Positions 36,141-46,952 of a stretch of DNA of 64,000 bases are shown in pieces (positions within the stretch are counted from its first letter, which is position 1; each line of letters starts with the position of its first letter). Position numbers and translations under genes: made by a program. This DNA comes from Methanobacteriota archaeon (GTDB lineage Archaea; Thermoplasmatota; Poseidoniia; Poseidoniales; Thalassarchaeaceae). The stretch spans positions 64,756-128,755 of the forward strand of contig PBMR01000014.1 of the NCBI GenBank assembly GCA_002722735.1, in the 5' to 3' direction. The notes below the pieces were generated by a model that made no database searches, was not told the DNA's origin, and saw only the letters and a program-made list of their open reading frames with translations.

Positions 36141-38579
36141 TCACGAGCACCCCCCCGTTGGACATCGAGCAGCCAGGTGGACTACGACCCCGGTCTCATC
36201 GGCTGAGACCCATAACGCTCGAATTAGTGAGGGATCTCCTGTGGGCGAGGCTTCTACGACAGCCGATGCCGCTGGTTCGATTAAATCGGGAATGGAGATG
36301 TCCCAGATGTCGCTCTCAGGCGAATCACCGTGCCACTCTACTGAGACTGGAAGCGGTTCGTCACCCCTATTGTGAAGGGCGAACTCTGAAGCGCGGAGTC
36401 CTCGGTCGATACTACCCGGGGAGATCAACACGTCCACTCCCTCGACGATACGATAGGACTCGACCAAACCATCCCCCGTGCACACCGCCATCCAGCCAAC
36501 ATCACCTAGGCCCAGGGTTCCGTTACCCCCCCTATCGCCAATAATGCGGATAGGGGTGTGATCTTCGAGCGCCCTCGTCCAGTTCTCGCTCGAGTCCACC
36601 TCTGCGGCCATTTCGATGGACGGGCAGAAAGCCGAGCCGCCGTCGGCATGATTGATGACGAATTCAGAATCGCCTGCGAACCAACCGGGAAGGGACCACT
36701 CGCCCCCAAAGACATGCATGGCCGGCTCGGAGCCCTCGATTGCCAATCTCCAGGACTCGTTCGATCCATTGTATCGCTCGAACACTATCTCTGGCCCGAA
36801 CTTCCTGTGCTGCTCGTCCATGTTCTCGGAGGACTGAATTGCTCCCTCGTGGCCTCGCATGCAGATCTCTTGCTGCCCAGAGAGCAGATCAGTCTCGTTC
36901 TCGAAGACCCAATACGGATTAATGGCAGTCAGGTTTCCGGCATCTCCCTCGGATACTATCACATCCATGCAGATGAGTGGGGTGGCGCTATCTTCCACTA
37001 GGGCCCATAGGGGCTGGAGTGGAGCGGAGGAGCCAACGTGAATGAGCCTGATGAGATGTTCCTTCTGGTTTCCCTGTACATCGACTAGGATTCTGAGGGA
37101 GTGTGGAACGACACCGGCCTCTGGTGGAGTGATGGCAATGGAGACCTCGTCCCTGTTGGCTTGAATGACATCTGAGAACGAGCAGGCGCCAATCGAGTCG
37201 AGGCATTCCGAGGAGATGCCCCATTTCCCGGGCATCGCCCCTTCGATTCTCATCTGAAGCCATCCTGACACCGGCAGGACTCCTTCGGGCTCGAGTACTA
37301 GCGAGAAGGACATTTCCACACCCGGTCGAACCTCCAGTTCATCGGGCCACCTCTCGGTAGAGAGTCCCGCATCGTAGTCTTCTATCAGGCTCGAGGGCAT
37401 CATGCCCGGGAAACCGGCGATCAGGACGATGAGCACCATCGAGGCGATCCTCCCCCTTATGCGGTCGTCCAATTCGGCGTACTCGTCCACGACGAATGGC
37501 TGTGGAACACTCTCGGGACTGAACCTCTGCCATGCCCCTACGGCGGCTAGGAAGATCCACGGCATGTAGTCCGAAGTTGCGAACACGAGCACCAAGACTG
37601 CTAGCATCACTACGAAGATCGACGTCTGGATGCTACCATCCCTCATCTCAGATGGCCCGATCAGCGAGTGCAGTGCCCTATCGCCCGGGAATCCCGGAAT
37701 CGGCAGCATCAGCCCCCAGCCCACGATGGCCAGCCCGATTCCGGCGATTCCAGTCGGATGAAGCCACTGTAGTCTGATGGAGAAGTCCTCTCCTAACCAG
37801 GATGCTGAGAGAATCTGAACTATCGCGTTGGCTTCGAACACGACTGGTGCCTCTTCGAGGTTCGGCGGAGCACTGGACGTCATGCTCAATCCAACTATCG
37901 TCAATGCCGTACCGGCAACGAATAGGGTCAGGGGGATTACGATCTCGATGAGCCCAAGGGCCTTGCGATTGGGCATGGGTACCAGATCGGCACGTCGTTG
38001 TCCCATCACACCGATTATCCCGAAGGGCCAGGACGGAGTTGGAATGGGAAATACGATTGGGACTATGTGACCAATCTCCACACCGTAACGCTTTGCAACG
38101 ATGCTTCTGAACTGGCTAGCCACTAGGAGCGAGGCTACGATGGGGAGTGTGAAGAATAGGGCGGACTGACTGAACGCGCCTGCTTGGAGGACACTGCTCC
38201 CAGAATCGTATCTCGCAAGCCAACTGGCGCCGACCATGGTCATGAATCCCGCCATGAGGAACCACACAATGGCTTGTTGCCACGTTCGCAGAACCGAATG
38301 ACTCGAGGGATAGTGAGCGATTGAGAGCGTAGGGGGGTCCTTATCCTCTAGAATGCCCACCATGCCTAGCGGTTCTAGGTGCCTATTCAGACGAACCAAC
38401 TGATCGCTCGTGTTCTTTCCATCGAGCCCCCGAACCTCCCATGATGCGGGAATCGCCCCCTCGTTACCTAGGACGAAGTACCTCGAGGCAATCACCTCAT
38501 ACAGTTCCTGTGCCCCCCAAGTCTCGGCATCAATGACGATGGGCTCGGAATCCGACATGTGCTCACCCGACAGAGCCAT
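36141..38579 (-). CDS. M50 (site-2 protease)-like polytopic membrane protein lacking the HExxH motif, with a large C-terminal extracytoplasmic domain
   Basis: The segment LLVASQFRSIVAKRYGVEIGHIVPIVFPIP...PNRKALGLIEIVIPL aligns with the M50 pattern HE.GH..A...GV....PYFIP.P...P.RKALFDIG.AGPL, but HExxH reads SQFRS. About 450 aa of non-membrane sequence follow. Confidence 0.6.
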   Translation of the reverse strand: MALSGEHMSDSEPIVIDAETWGAQELYEVIASRYFVLGNEGAIPASWEVRGLDGKNTSDQLVRLNRHLEPLGMVGILEDKDPPTLSIAHYPSSHSVLRTWQQAIVWFLMAGFMTMVGASWLARYDSGSSVLQAGAFSQSALFFTLPIVASLLVASQFRSIVAKRYGVEIGHIVPIVFPIPTPSWPFGIIGVMGQRRADLVPMPNRKALGLIEIVIPLTLFVAGTALTIVGLSMTSSAPPNLEEAPVVFEANAIVQILSASWLGEDFSIRLQWLHPTGIAGIGLAIVGWGLMLPIPGFPGDRALHSLIGPSEMRDGSIQTSIFVVMLAVLVLVFATSDYMPWIFLAAVGAWQRFSPESVPQPFVVDEYAELDDRIRGRIASMVLIVLIAGFPGMMPSSLIEDYDAGLSTERWPDELEVRPGVEMSFSLVLEPEGVLPVSGWLQMRIEGAMPGKWGISSECLDSIGACSFSDVIQANRDEVSIAITPPEAGVVPHSLRILVDVQGNQKEHLIRLIHVGSSAPLQPLWALVEDSATPLICMDVIVSEGDAGNLTAINPYWVFENETDLLSGQQEICMRGHEGAIQSSENMDEQHRKFGPEIVFERYNGSNESWRLAIEGSEPAMHVFGGEWSLPGWFAGDSEFVINHADGGSAFCPSIEMAAEVDSSENWTRALEDHTPIRIIGDRGGNGTLGLGDVGWMAVCTGDGLVESYRIVEGVDVLISPGSIDRGLRASEFALHNRGDEPLPVSVEWHGDSPESDIWDISIPDLIEPAASAVVEASPTGDPSLIRALWVSADETGVVVHLAARCPTGGCS

Positions 38580-38633
38580 GCGGGAGGGGGTCCGATTTGA
38601 CCCCTCGCTCTATGGCAGCAGGACCATGCCCTA

Positions 38634-39251
38634 TCATTTGTTCTTGAAGCGCTTCAGGCGGAAGGTCTCTTCGCGTTCCATCTCTTCAAGCCGGAGTTGT
38701 ATGAAGTTGCGAGCCTCCTCCATCTGGGGAATTACCACGTACTCGAGGGCATTTACCCTGCGTTTGGTCGCCTCGATCTCCACCAGAAGGCGTTTGAGGG
38801 TAGCTTCCATCTCCGCGGCCTTGACTATTTTGACTACTAGGGCCGAGTAGGCATCAGAGGCTTCGTCGATATACGCCGAGCCACCGATAAGGCCAGTCCC
38901 TCGCTCATCGATGGTGGTGGTCAGATTGGTCCCGACCACATTGGGGACGACTACCCCCATGATATTGCGGCGGGTAACAGTCACCTCGGGATGGCGAGAG
39001 ATGGCGATGGCGGCGCTTTTGACTGCCAGACCTCCCTCGATGGCGCTGGCTAGACTGATTGACTGAACCGCATCGCGGTACGTTCCGACGAGCTCCTCTC
39101 TGGCCGATATCATCTCCGAGAGTAGGGTCCTGAACTCGTGGAACAGTCCGTCCCGCTTCATCTTCAGTAGATTGTACCCGTTTTCGGTCTGCTTGATGCG
39201 GCGTTTGAGGTTAATCAATTCGGATCTGGTTGGCTTGATGTCCAGAGCCAT
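38634..39251 (-). CDS. atpD: A-type ATP synthase subunit D
   Basis: N-terminus IKPTRSELINLKRRIK...GYNLLKMKRDGL and its position after atpB. Confidence 0.9.
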   Translation of the reverse strand: MALDIKPTRSELINLKRRIKQTENGYNLLKMKRDGLFHEFRTLLSEMISAREELVGTYRDAVQSISLASAIEGGLAVKSAAIAISRHPEVTVTRRNIMGVVVPNVVGTNLTTTIDERGTGLIGGSAYIDEASDAYSALVVKIVKAAEMEATLKRLLVEIEATKRRVNALEYVVIPQMEEARNFIQLRLEEMEREETFRLKRFKNK

Positions 39252-39280
39252 GTTCTACCTCCTCAGCACTCCTTTCCGGT

Positions 39281-40666
39281 TCACGACTTGCGCTCAGTTG
39301 GATGGTACTTGTCTATCCACTTCTGGTCCAGTCTGACGAGGTACTTGGTGTCGATATTGGTCAGGAGGCTCCAAGCGAGGTCGAGCGTGCCCTCCGTTAT
39401 CGAGCGGTCTTCGTCACGGCTCTGCCTGAGGAACTGGTTCTCGAAGATGTCTGAGAACTTCAGCAGCTGCAGGTCACGCTCGTTGAGGGCGTCCTCTCCA
39501 ACAATCGCCACTAGCCCCCTGAGCTCACGGCCCTGGGCGTAGGCTGCGTACAGCTGGTCGGAGACCGACTTGTGGTCCTCACGGGTCTTGCCCTCGCCTA
39601 TTCCGGCATTCATCAGACGAGACAGGGATGGCAGGACGTTGATGGGGGGGTAGATACCCTTCTGATGCAACTCACGCGAGATGACGATCTGCCCCTCGGT
39701 GATGTATCCCGAAAGGTCGGGTATCGGGTGTGTGATGTCGTCACCCGGCATAGTCAGGATGGGGAACTGCGTGATGCTCCCCTTCTTGCCTTTCACGATG
39801 CCTGCTCGCTCGTACAGCATGGCTAGGTCTGTGTACATGTAACCGGGATAGCCGCGTCGACCGGGGACCTCCTCGCGAGCAGCGCCGATCTGACGCAGAG
39901 ACTCGCAGTAGTTCGTCATATCAGTGTAGATGACCAGAACGTGGTAGTCGTGCTCGAAGGCCAGGTACTCAGCCGCCGTCAGGGCAAGACGCGGTGTAAT
40001 CAAGCGCTCGACTGCTGGGTCATCGGCCAGATTGACGAATAGGGCAGCGTTCTCCAGAGCCCCGGTACGCTCGAGGTCGTGCACGAAGAAGTTGTACTCC
40101 TCTGCAGTGATGCCCATGGCGCAGAACACGACGACGAAGTCGTCGTCACTGTCGACTAGTTTGGCCTGACGGGCGATCTGCAGTGCGATATCGTTGTGGG
40201 GCAGACCCGATGCTGAGAAGATCGGCAACTTCTGCCCGCGCACCAGAGTGGTGCAGGCGTCGATAGCCGAAATCCCGGTTTGGATGAACTGTTCGGGACT
40301 CTCGCGGCTGTACGGGTTGATGGCCGCACCAATGATGTCAGCCATTTCCTCAGCCACGATCTCCGGACCGCCGTCTCTGGGCTTGCCAGCACCGTCTAGG
40401 ATTCGCCCGATCAGACCCTTGCTGACTGGTAGCCTGAAGACATCCCCGAGGAACTTGACCCCGGTTTGCTTGTCGACAGAGGCCGTTCCCTCGAAAACCT
40501 GCACGATGACCCTGTCATCGCTGGTGTCGAGTACCTGTCCGTTCTTCATCGAGCCGTCAGAGAGGCGCAGTTGCACGATCTCTCCGAAGGCTACGGGCTC
40601 GGTCTTCTCGAGGAAGACCAACGGCCCCTTCACGTCTGTGATTGTCCTGTATTCCTTTCCGCTCAT
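39281..40666 (-). CDS. atpB: A-type ATP synthase subunit B
   Basis: Regulatory B-subunit pattern ([30 protein letters not shown]). Confidence 0.95.
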   Translation of the reverse strand: MSGKEYRTITDVKGPLVFLEKTEPVAFGEIVQLRLSDGSMKNGQVLDTSDDRVIVQVFEGTASVDKQTGVKFLGDVFRLPVSKGLIGRILDGAGKPRDGGPEIVAEEMADIIGAAINPYSRESPEQFIQTGISAIDACTTLVRGQKLPIFSASGLPHNDIALQIARQAKLVDSDDDFVVVFCAMGITAEEYNFFVHDLERTGALENAALFVNLADDPAVERLITPRLALTAAEYLAFEHDYHVLVIYTDMTNYCESLRQIGAAREEVPGRRGYPGYMYTDLAMLYERAGIVKGKKGSITQFPILTMPGDDITHPIPDLSGYITEGQIVISRELHQKGIYPPINVLPSLSRLMNAGIGEGKTREDHKSVSDQLYAAYAQGRELRGLVAIVGEDALNERDLQLLKFSDIFENQFLRQSRDEDRSITEGTLDLAWSLLTNIDTKYLVRLDQKWIDKYHPTERKS

Positions 40667-40679
40667 TCATGGCACCCCC

Positions 40680-42422
40680 TTAGTTTTCCTCCATAGTTCC
40701 GGCGATCTGTTTCGACATCTCCCCGAGCAATTCTCCAATACGTTCGCTGTAACCCTGTTCGAAACGACCTCTCATGAGATCGGTGCGCGCGGGCACGTTG
40801 ACGACGTCCTCGAGACCAGCACCACCGGCGATTGCCTTCTCGGACTCCTCTTGGAATGTCAGGATGGCTTTGGCCATCGTGTACTGCAGATTCAGGGAGC
40901 TGAACGTGTCGACGTCGTGGAACGCATTCTGCTGCAGGAAGAACTCGCGGATCATCCGAGCGACCTCGAGAGTCAGCTGCTGGTCGATTGGCAGGGCATC
41001 GGAACCAACCAGCTGAACGATCTCCTGGAGCTCGGCCTCGACCTGCAGCAGGCTGCTAATCTTGGTCCGCACCTCGGGATAGTCGCTGGCGATATTGTCC
41101 CTATACCACTGGTCGAGAGCCTGTGGGTAAAGGCTGTACGAACTGAGCCAGTTGATGGCAGGGAAGTGGCGCTGGCGAGCCAGCCCCGCATCCAAGCCCC
41201 AGAACACCTTGACGATTCGGAGCGTTCCTTGGCTGACTGGCTCGGATATGTCCCCACCCGGCGGGGACACGGCCCCGATGACAGAAACCGAGCCATCGTC
41301 ACCTGCCAGAGTCTGCACGCGACCGGCTCGCTCGTAGAACTCGGCGAGTCTGCTGGATAGGTAAGCCGGGTACCCCTCCTCACCGGGCATCTCCTCCAGA
41401 CGGGAGGAGATCTCTCGCATCGCTTCGGCCCACCTACTTGTGGAGTCAGCCATCAGAGCGACGTCGTAGCCCATGTCTCGGAAGTACTCGGCGATTGTAA
41501 TGCCGGTGTACACCGACGCCTCGCGAGCGGCGACGGGCATGTTCGATGTGTTGGCGATCATGGTGGTCCTGTTCATCAGCGGTTTGCCGGTGTTGGGGTC
41601 GATGAGGTGGGGGAACTCGCTGAGCACCTCGGTCATCTCGTTACCGCGCTCACCGCATCCGATGTAGACTACTATCTGGGCGTCGGACCACTTGGCAAGT
41701 TGTTGTTGCGTCACCGTCTTACCGGACCCAAAGGGCCCGGGGATACCGGCAGTCCCTCCTTTGGCTAGGGGGAAGAGGAAGTCCAGGATCCTCTGGCCCG
41801 TCACTAGCGGGACGTCTGGAGCGTACTTCTGGACGAATGGCCGGGGTGTGCGAACCGGCCATTCCTGCATCATGGCGATCTCGGTGCCATCGTCCAGTGT
41901 GCACACCGTGGTGGTGATGTTGAATTCTCCCGACTCGATGCTGGCGATCTTGCCACTGTTTCCCGGAGGAACCATGACCCTGTGCTCGACGGTCTCGGTC
42001 TCTTGGACGATACCAATCACGGAGCCCCCCGAGACCTCATCGCCTACCGAGACGGTGGCGTTGAACTCCCACTTCTTCAAGAGGTCGAGGCCGTCAGCGT
42101 CGACGCCTCGAGTGATGAACACGCCCATTGTCGCCTCGAGATCCTCGAGGGGGCGCTGTATTCCGTCGTAGATCTGAGTCAGGAGACCCGGCCCCAGCTT
42201 CACGGACAGGGTCTGCCCCGTCCTGACGACTGGTTCGCCCGGCTTGATGCCGGAGGTCTCCTCATAGACCTGGATGACCGACTGGTCACCGTGCAACTCA
42301 ATCACTTCTCCCATCAGCCCCTCATCGCCAACTCGCACCACTTCATACATTCTCGGCGAGATGCCGACGGCCGTGACGACCGGTCCTGAGATTCTGTAAA
42401 TCAATCCGCTTTCTTCACTCAT
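40680..42422 (-). CDS. atpA: A-type ATP synthase catalytic subunit A
   Basis: Walker [18 protein letters not shown] and EALREISGRL-like [22 protein letters not shown]. 580 aa with no intein. Confidence 0.95.
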   Translation of the reverse strand: MSEESGLIYRISGPVVTAVGISPRMYEVVRVGDEGLMGEVIELHGDQSVIQVYEETSGIKPGEPVVRTGQTLSVKLGPGLLTQIYDGIQRPLEDLEATMGVFITRGVDADGLDLLKKWEFNATVSVGDEVSGGSVIGIVQETETVEHRVMVPPGNSGKIASIESGEFNITTTVCTLDDGTEIAMMQEWPVRTPRPFVQKYAPDVPLVTGQRILDFLFPLAKGGTAGIPGPFGSGKTVTQQQLAKWSDAQIVVYIGCGERGNEMTEVLSEFPHLIDPNTGKPLMNRTTMIANTSNMPVAAREASVYTGITIAEYFRDMGYDVALMADSTSRWAEAMREISSRLEEMPGEEGYPAYLSSRLAEFYERAGRVQTLAGDDGSVSVIGAVSPPGGDISEPVSQGTLRIVKVFWGLDAGLARQRHFPAINWLSSYSLYPQALDQWYRDNIASDYPEVRTKISSLLQVEAELQEIVQLVGSDALPIDQQLTLEVARMIREFFLQQNAFHDVDTFSSLNLQYTMAKAILTFQEESEKAIAGGAGLEDVVNVPARTDLMRGRFEQGYSERIGELLGEMSKQIAGTMEEN

Positions 42423-42455
42423 TTTTTCACTTCCCTTTCCTATAAATTTTGGAAT

Positions 42456-42755
42456 CTACTTCCAGAGGTCGACGCCTAGCGCCGACTTGATGGACTCTCG
42501 GAGGGTGTTGTCCTCCTCGGTCCCTATGCCCAGTACGGTGGGCGAAATACTGTCGGCCAAGCGCTGCCTGAGCTTGTCCGGCACCCGGGTGAGGTCGGCC
42601 GCATCAACAACGATGATGCCAACCTCCTTCTCATCGAGCATCGAGCGGAGGGTGCGACTCATCTCATCCTCATTCTCGGGGTTGTGCAGTTGGGTGATGC
42701 CCGCGAGTTGGAATCCGAGTGTGAATTCTGAAGTTCCCACTATTGCTATCTCCAT
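42456..42755 (-). CDS. atpF: A-type ATP synthase subunit F
   Basis: 99 aa. MEIAIVGTSEFTLGFQLAGI... is typical of V/A-type F subunits, and the operon position fits. Confidence 0.85.
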   Translation of the reverse strand: MEIAIVGTSEFTLGFQLAGITQLHNPENEDEMSRTLRSMLDEKEVGIIVVDAADLTRVPDKLRQRLADSISPTVLGIGTEEDNTLRESIKSALGVDLWK

Positions 42756-42764
42756 CTTCTCACC

Positions 42765-43820
42765 TCAGAATGACATATGCGCTTCGATTACCTCTTCAGG
42801 GAGGTCAACCGCCTTGCCGCGCACGAGCAGACGGAGGTTCTGCACTTCCAGAACCTTGCTCTCTAGGTAGTGGATGATGGGGAATGCCGAGAGGGGGTTG
42901 AGGTGACTCATCCGCTTCAGATTGGTGCGTCTCAGATTGGCTAGGTAGCTGACCACTGGGTCGAGACCCCCATGCTCATGGGACTTTTTGAGGGCCTCCT
43001 CTAGCTCGGACGTGTCCATGCTCGATCGACGGAGGACCTCCATCAAGGCATCCTCGGAATCAGCCTGCGTCGCATTCCGCAGGAGGCTTCCGCGCAGCGC
43101 CCTACCGTCCCCGAGCGTCATCTCGGCACGCCGGTCAGCCGGCAGGCCCTGCCGTAGCGCTCTGAGCAGGTTGACGATGTTCTTGTGATCAATCTCGGTT
43201 CGGAGGTACCCCAGGAGTAGGCCGTGCTTCCGGCCGCTTGACTTCAGCACCGAGAATGCCTCGTGGTAGTAGTGCCTGTCGAGCACGTCCTCGTATTCCT
43301 GCAGGTTCGCATCGTCATCCATGCTGTCTATGGCCGAACCCCAAGGCGTTCCGCGCATGGCGGCGGCGGCCTCTTGCAGCGTCCCACTTTGCCGAGCGAC
43401 ATCCAGCCAATCGGTGTTTAGGGCATTCTCGTCAGGAAGCACCGAGCTAGCAAGCTCTTCGACGGAGATACCGCCGTTGACGGCACGGAGCACCGCCTTG
43501 GCGTTGCTGTAGGAGAAGCGCAGAACGAAGGCTGAGACGATGCTCTTCAGGTGTCCTTGGCAGAAACCCACTACTTCAGCGAGCTCGCGGTCGAGGTTGT
43601 GGCTCAAAGCAGCCTCCACTAGGTCCGCGCCACTCAGTCGAGACGAGTAGATGTCTAGCTCCTTGCGGTAGTCGAGCTCCCCGATGCTCGCGGCAATGGT
43701 GTCTGGGCCGCTCCTCATCAGTTGGCGGAGACGGGTCTCGTCCAGCAGCCTGGCCTTGCGTGCCTTGCTGCGGGCAGAGGCATTTGCCCAATTGCCCTTT
43801 CCGACTGCCGTCCCTGCCAT
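42765..43820 (-). CDS. atpC: A-type ATP synthase subunit C (V-type d homologue)
   Basis: Size, helical repeat pattern and position between atpE and atpF. Start set at Met 43820, just after the atpE stop. Confidence 0.8.
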   Translation of the reverse strand: MAGTAVGKGNWANASARSKARKARLLDETRLRQLMRSGPDTIAASIGELDYRKELDIYSSRLSGADLVEAALSHNLDRELAEVVGFCQGHLKSIVSAFVLRFSYSNAKAVLRAVNGGISVEELASSVLPDENALNTDWLDVARQSGTLQEAAAAMRGTPWGSAIDSMDDDANLQEYEDVLDRHYYHEAFSVLKSSGRKHGLLLGYLRTEIDHKNIVNLLRALRQGLPADRRAEMTLGDGRALRGSLLRNATQADSEDALMEVLRRSSMDTSELEEALKKSHEHGGLDPVVSYLANLRRTNLKRMSHLNPLSAFPIIHYLESKVLEVQNLRLLVRGKAVDLPEEVIEAHMSF

Positions 43821-43827
43821 GATATCC

Positions 43828-44400
43828 CTAAGCCCCGTCTCTAAACAGAATTCTGCTGACTTCACCTAGGCTGGAATCCCAAGCCTCGCGAAGCCTTCCC
43901 TCGAAGCGGTAGTCCATCATTACGGAGCCATCCTCGCTTTCGAGGACGAAGCCGCCCAACCCGTCTATGTCATCCCCGATTTTGAATTGGCCAGCGCTCT
44001 TAGAGAGCGCGGCCCGGTCTGTCTTGACCGGTCGTAGTACCATGCCTTTTTCGGCTACACTCTTGGCTTCCTTGAGTAGGGACTTCAGAATCTTGCCCCT
44101 ATCCCCCATGCCCTTGGAACCTACCGTTGCGACGACATCGTCCCAGGTCGAATCAAGCTCTGCTCGTTTGACGACTAGGAGGCGCTTCTGGTTTCTCTGC
44201 CGAGCAGCTGCGATGCTCTCGACAGAAATCTGCGAACTAGTCCTCTCTGCCTTTGCTATGCCCTCGTCACTGTACTCTTTGACTCCGTCATGGGCCGCCT
44301 TGCGGATACTCTCGGCCTGATTTCGGGCTTCGTCCGTGACCTTCTTGGCCTCGGCCTCGGCCATGGATTCGATTTCACTAGCGAGGTTGTTCAATGACAT
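43828..44400 (-). CDS. atpE: A-type ATP synthase subunit E
   Basis: N-terminal charged coiled coil (AEAEAKKVTDEARNQAESIRKAA) plus a globular C-terminus, in the expected operon position. Confidence 0.8.
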   Translation of the reverse strand: MSLNNLASEIESMAEAEAKKVTDEARNQAESIRKAAHDGVKEYSDEGIAKAERTSSQISVESIAAARQRNQKRLLVVKRAELDSTWDDVVATVGSKGMGDRGKILKSLLKEAKSVAEKGMVLRPVKTDRAALSKSAGQFKIGDDIDGLGGFVLESEDGSVMMDYRFEGRLREAWDSSLGEVSRILFRDGA

Positions 44401-44432
44401 GTTTGAGTCTCCTGTCTCTCCGCCCAATCAGC

Positions 44433-44765
44433 CTACATCAAGTAGATTGAAAGGAAGCCGAACAGAACAATGGTCTCAGGCAGTACGGTGAACAGTAGGC
44501 CGACACCGAACTTCGATCCGTCCTCTGCAATCATACCGACTGCCGCCGCACCGATCGGGCCTTGTGCCAAGCCTGTTCCCAACCCACAACCAGCCAGCGC
44601 GAGTCCAGCGCCAATCTTCGTGTAAGCGGAGACCGTCTCCGTATTGTCAGCCGCCTGAGCCTGCACGCCACTAGCCACTAGGACCAATGCGAGCAGTACC
44701 ATCAGGATGCTCATTCCTCTCATCATCGTCGTTTTCTTCATTTTTCTTCCTCCGTATTTTCTCAC
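44433..44765 (-). CDS. atpK: A-type ATP synthase proteolipid subunit K (c subunit)
   Basis: One hairpin, GAGLALAGCGLGTGLAQGPIGAAAVG ... VLPETIVLFGFL, preceded by a signal-peptide-like hydrophobic N-terminus. The start is GTG 44765 or ATG 44741. Confidence 0.85.
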   Translation of the reverse strand: MRKYGGRKMKKTTMMRGMSILMVLLALVLVASGVQAQAADNTETVSAYTKIGAGLALAGCGLGTGLAQGPIGAAAVGMIAEDGSKFGVGLLFTVLPETIVLFGFLSIYLM

Positions 44766-44775
44766 TTTGTGAGTT

Positions 44776-46932
44776 TCATTCGACCTCTACTCTGCCCGGT
44801 TTGAAACCGAACGCCTCGAAAGGCAGGCCGCTCCCTTCGTGGAACATCATCATCCACTCTACGAAGTGGAGTCTGACTGTGTGAATATTCGGGCTGAACA
44901 CGCCCAGAACGAGGGCGAAGAGCTGGACGAGAAGCCAGCCTACGAATATGAAGGGCAGTAGGACGATGTCCCACGCTGATGCGTGGGAGATATTGGATAG
45001 GGTGTGTGCCATCACCTCGTAAATCATCTCGTTTCCGGTAGCGGCAATCTTCACACCCACTACTCCGACTGCGAACAGCCGAACGTAGGAAACCACCTTC
45101 GGCAGCATCCCAAGCGACTCGAGGACCCCCAGTGGTATTCCTATGGCTCCCATCTTCTCATAGTGGGCGAGCAGAACCATCACCATCACGACGCCAACCG
45201 AGGCCATTGCCGCCCCGGGCATCATTATCTCTGAAGCCGACTCCACTAGGAAGCCGTAGGAGAAGATGAAGCCTCCGAACAGGAGGGTGATCCATGAGCC
45301 CTTCTCGAATAGCGCGTCAACGAATCCATGGGTCTTGAGGACGTCGCGGAATCCCAGAACCAACCCAAGCAGTATGTGCAGCACCCCCATGTAAATAGTA
45401 ATCAGGATGAGGTTCTCGAGGTTAGTCGAAACCCTGTGGAAGGGATATGCTAGCACAATGCTCAGTGGCCCCTCCCAGACGGTGTAGAACTCGCCATTGT
45501 TCGGATACAGGTGAGTCATCCAAGCCACCCACCAGGGCGAGTGTGCGGAGTCCCAGTGATAATGGGCATGCGTCCCGTCAGGCAGGTACGCGGCCTCGCA
45601 CTGAGCCACTCCGATGATGTGGTCGATATCGCAGTGGCCATGCGGCAAGAACTCGAAGCCGGCGAATTCACCGTAGATGTAGCCGAATAACAGAGTCGAG
45701 AGGCCAATGGTGAGCAGGAAGCCTGCTACGTTCCTCATCATCTCGTCAATCGGGAAGCGTCTCCTGATGAACCAAGCCATCCCCATGACTGCCAATCCAT
45801 AGGCCATGTCACCCAGAATGAGGCCGAAGAAGATGGGGTAGGTAAGGAACATGAAGAACGTGGGGTCGATCTTGCCGTAGGAAGGGCGTCCCATGACATC
45901 GGTCAGCATCTCGAACGGTTTGCTGTAGGTTCTGGGGGAGAATGCTATCGGAGGCATCTCCGACTTGTCCTCGTCGTGATGGTACTGGCTGCTATGTGCA
46001 GGAGGCTCGAACTTCTCGATGCTAACGTGGGAGCAGACCTTGGAGAGGGCTTCCCCCACTTCGGATGCAACTTCGGTTCGTACCCATCCATCCAGCATAA
46101 AGGCGTGATCGCTTACAGCGACCCTTACCGGTGCCATGGCGAGTCCTAGGTCACGCTCGAGGAGTTCCATTCCACCGAGTAGCATGCCACCATTGGCATT
46201 GGACCACTCCCTGCCCTCGTCCTTCAGATTCTCGATTCTTTCCGAGATCTCGTCCTTCCTGCCTTGGAGTTCCACTATCCTATCGGATGGCAGGCCACTT
46301 GATTCGGGAATGGTGATGGCTTGGAAATCCAATCCGGCGAGCGTCTCATGGACCTTGGCACCCGCCTCGTTGCGGCAGAATACGGCCACGACGTCCTTCT
46401 TCCCGACCTCGCTGGTCATCTGGATGACCGAGTCGCCCATAGCCGAGAGTGCAGGGCGGGCCTTGGACAGGGATGAGACCGTGCCCACGAAGGAGGTCAC
46501 AGTGCCATAACCACCCATCAGTTCCAGTTCCAGGCTAAGTGGCGCCAGCACCCCTAGGACTTCCAGCTCCTCGTCAATCTGCGAGGATTCGGCCTTCAGT
46601 GCGTTGATTTCGTCAAAGCGAGCGAGGGCGATTCCGACCTGCTGGTCGATTGAGGAAGATAGAATCCTGCGAACCTGAGGCGCTGGGAGCAGCTCTTGCT
46701 GATCAGCAGCCGGAGAGACTTGTGCCGCACAGCCCCGCATCTTGGTGAGTCTGCGGCTGATTTCCTCGGACTCCTGGCCCGGGACGCCCAATACGAGGCC
46801 ATCCTCATCTCCACCGAAGTCGTTGATGTGAATCATGGAGAGTCCAGCTGCAACCTCAACTGTCGTCTTGAGATGCCCTCTGGTTCCAGCGACGACCACT
46901 CGGGACATGTCCTCGGTAGTCAACTGGCTCAT
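44776..46932 (-). CDS. atpI: A-type ATP synthase subunit I (a subunit)
   Basis: 718 aa. Soluble N-terminal half plus a polytopic C-terminal half with the conserved Arg region (YVRLFAVG). Confidence 0.9.
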   Translation of the reverse strand: MSQLTTEDMSRVVVAGTRGHLKTTVEVAAGLSMIHINDFGGDEDGLVLGVPGQESEEISRRLTKMRGCAAQVSPAADQQELLPAPQVRRILSSSIDQQVGIALARFDEINALKAESSQIDEELEVLGVLAPLSLELELMGGYGTVTSFVGTVSSLSKARPALSAMGDSVIQMTSEVGKKDVVAVFCRNEAGAKVHETLAGLDFQAITIPESSGLPSDRIVELQGRKDEISERIENLKDEGREWSNANGGMLLGGMELLERDLGLAMAPVRVAVSDHAFMLDGWVRTEVASEVGEALSKVCSHVSIEKFEPPAHSSQYHHDEDKSEMPPIAFSPRTYSKPFEMLTDVMGRPSYGKIDPTFFMFLTYPIFFGLILGDMAYGLAVMGMAWFIRRRFPIDEMMRNVAGFLLTIGLSTLLFGYIYGEFAGFEFLPHGHCDIDHIIGVAQCEAAYLPDGTHAHYHWDSAHSPWWVAWMTHLYPNNGEFYTVWEGPLSIVLAYPFHRVSTNLENLILITIYMGVLHILLGLVLGFRDVLKTHGFVDALFEKGSWITLLFGGFIFSYGFLVESASEIMMPGAAMASVGVVMVMVLLAHYEKMGAIGIPLGVLESLGMLPKVVSYVRLFAVGVVGVKIAATGNEMIYEVMAHTLSNISHASAWDIVLLPFIFVGWLLVQLFALVLGVFSPNIHTVRLHFVEWMMMFHEGSGLPFEAFGFKPGRVEVE

Positions 46933-46952
46933 ACTAGCACCTGAAAATGGGA

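Noticed and set aside
40194-41360. 388-aa plus-strand ORF antisense to atpB/atpA
   Set aside because: It lies entirely opposite two unmistakable ATP synthase genes. Its translation is Ser/Pro/Arg/Leu-rich with no motifs. Long antisense ORFs of this kind are expected in G+C-rich coding DNA.
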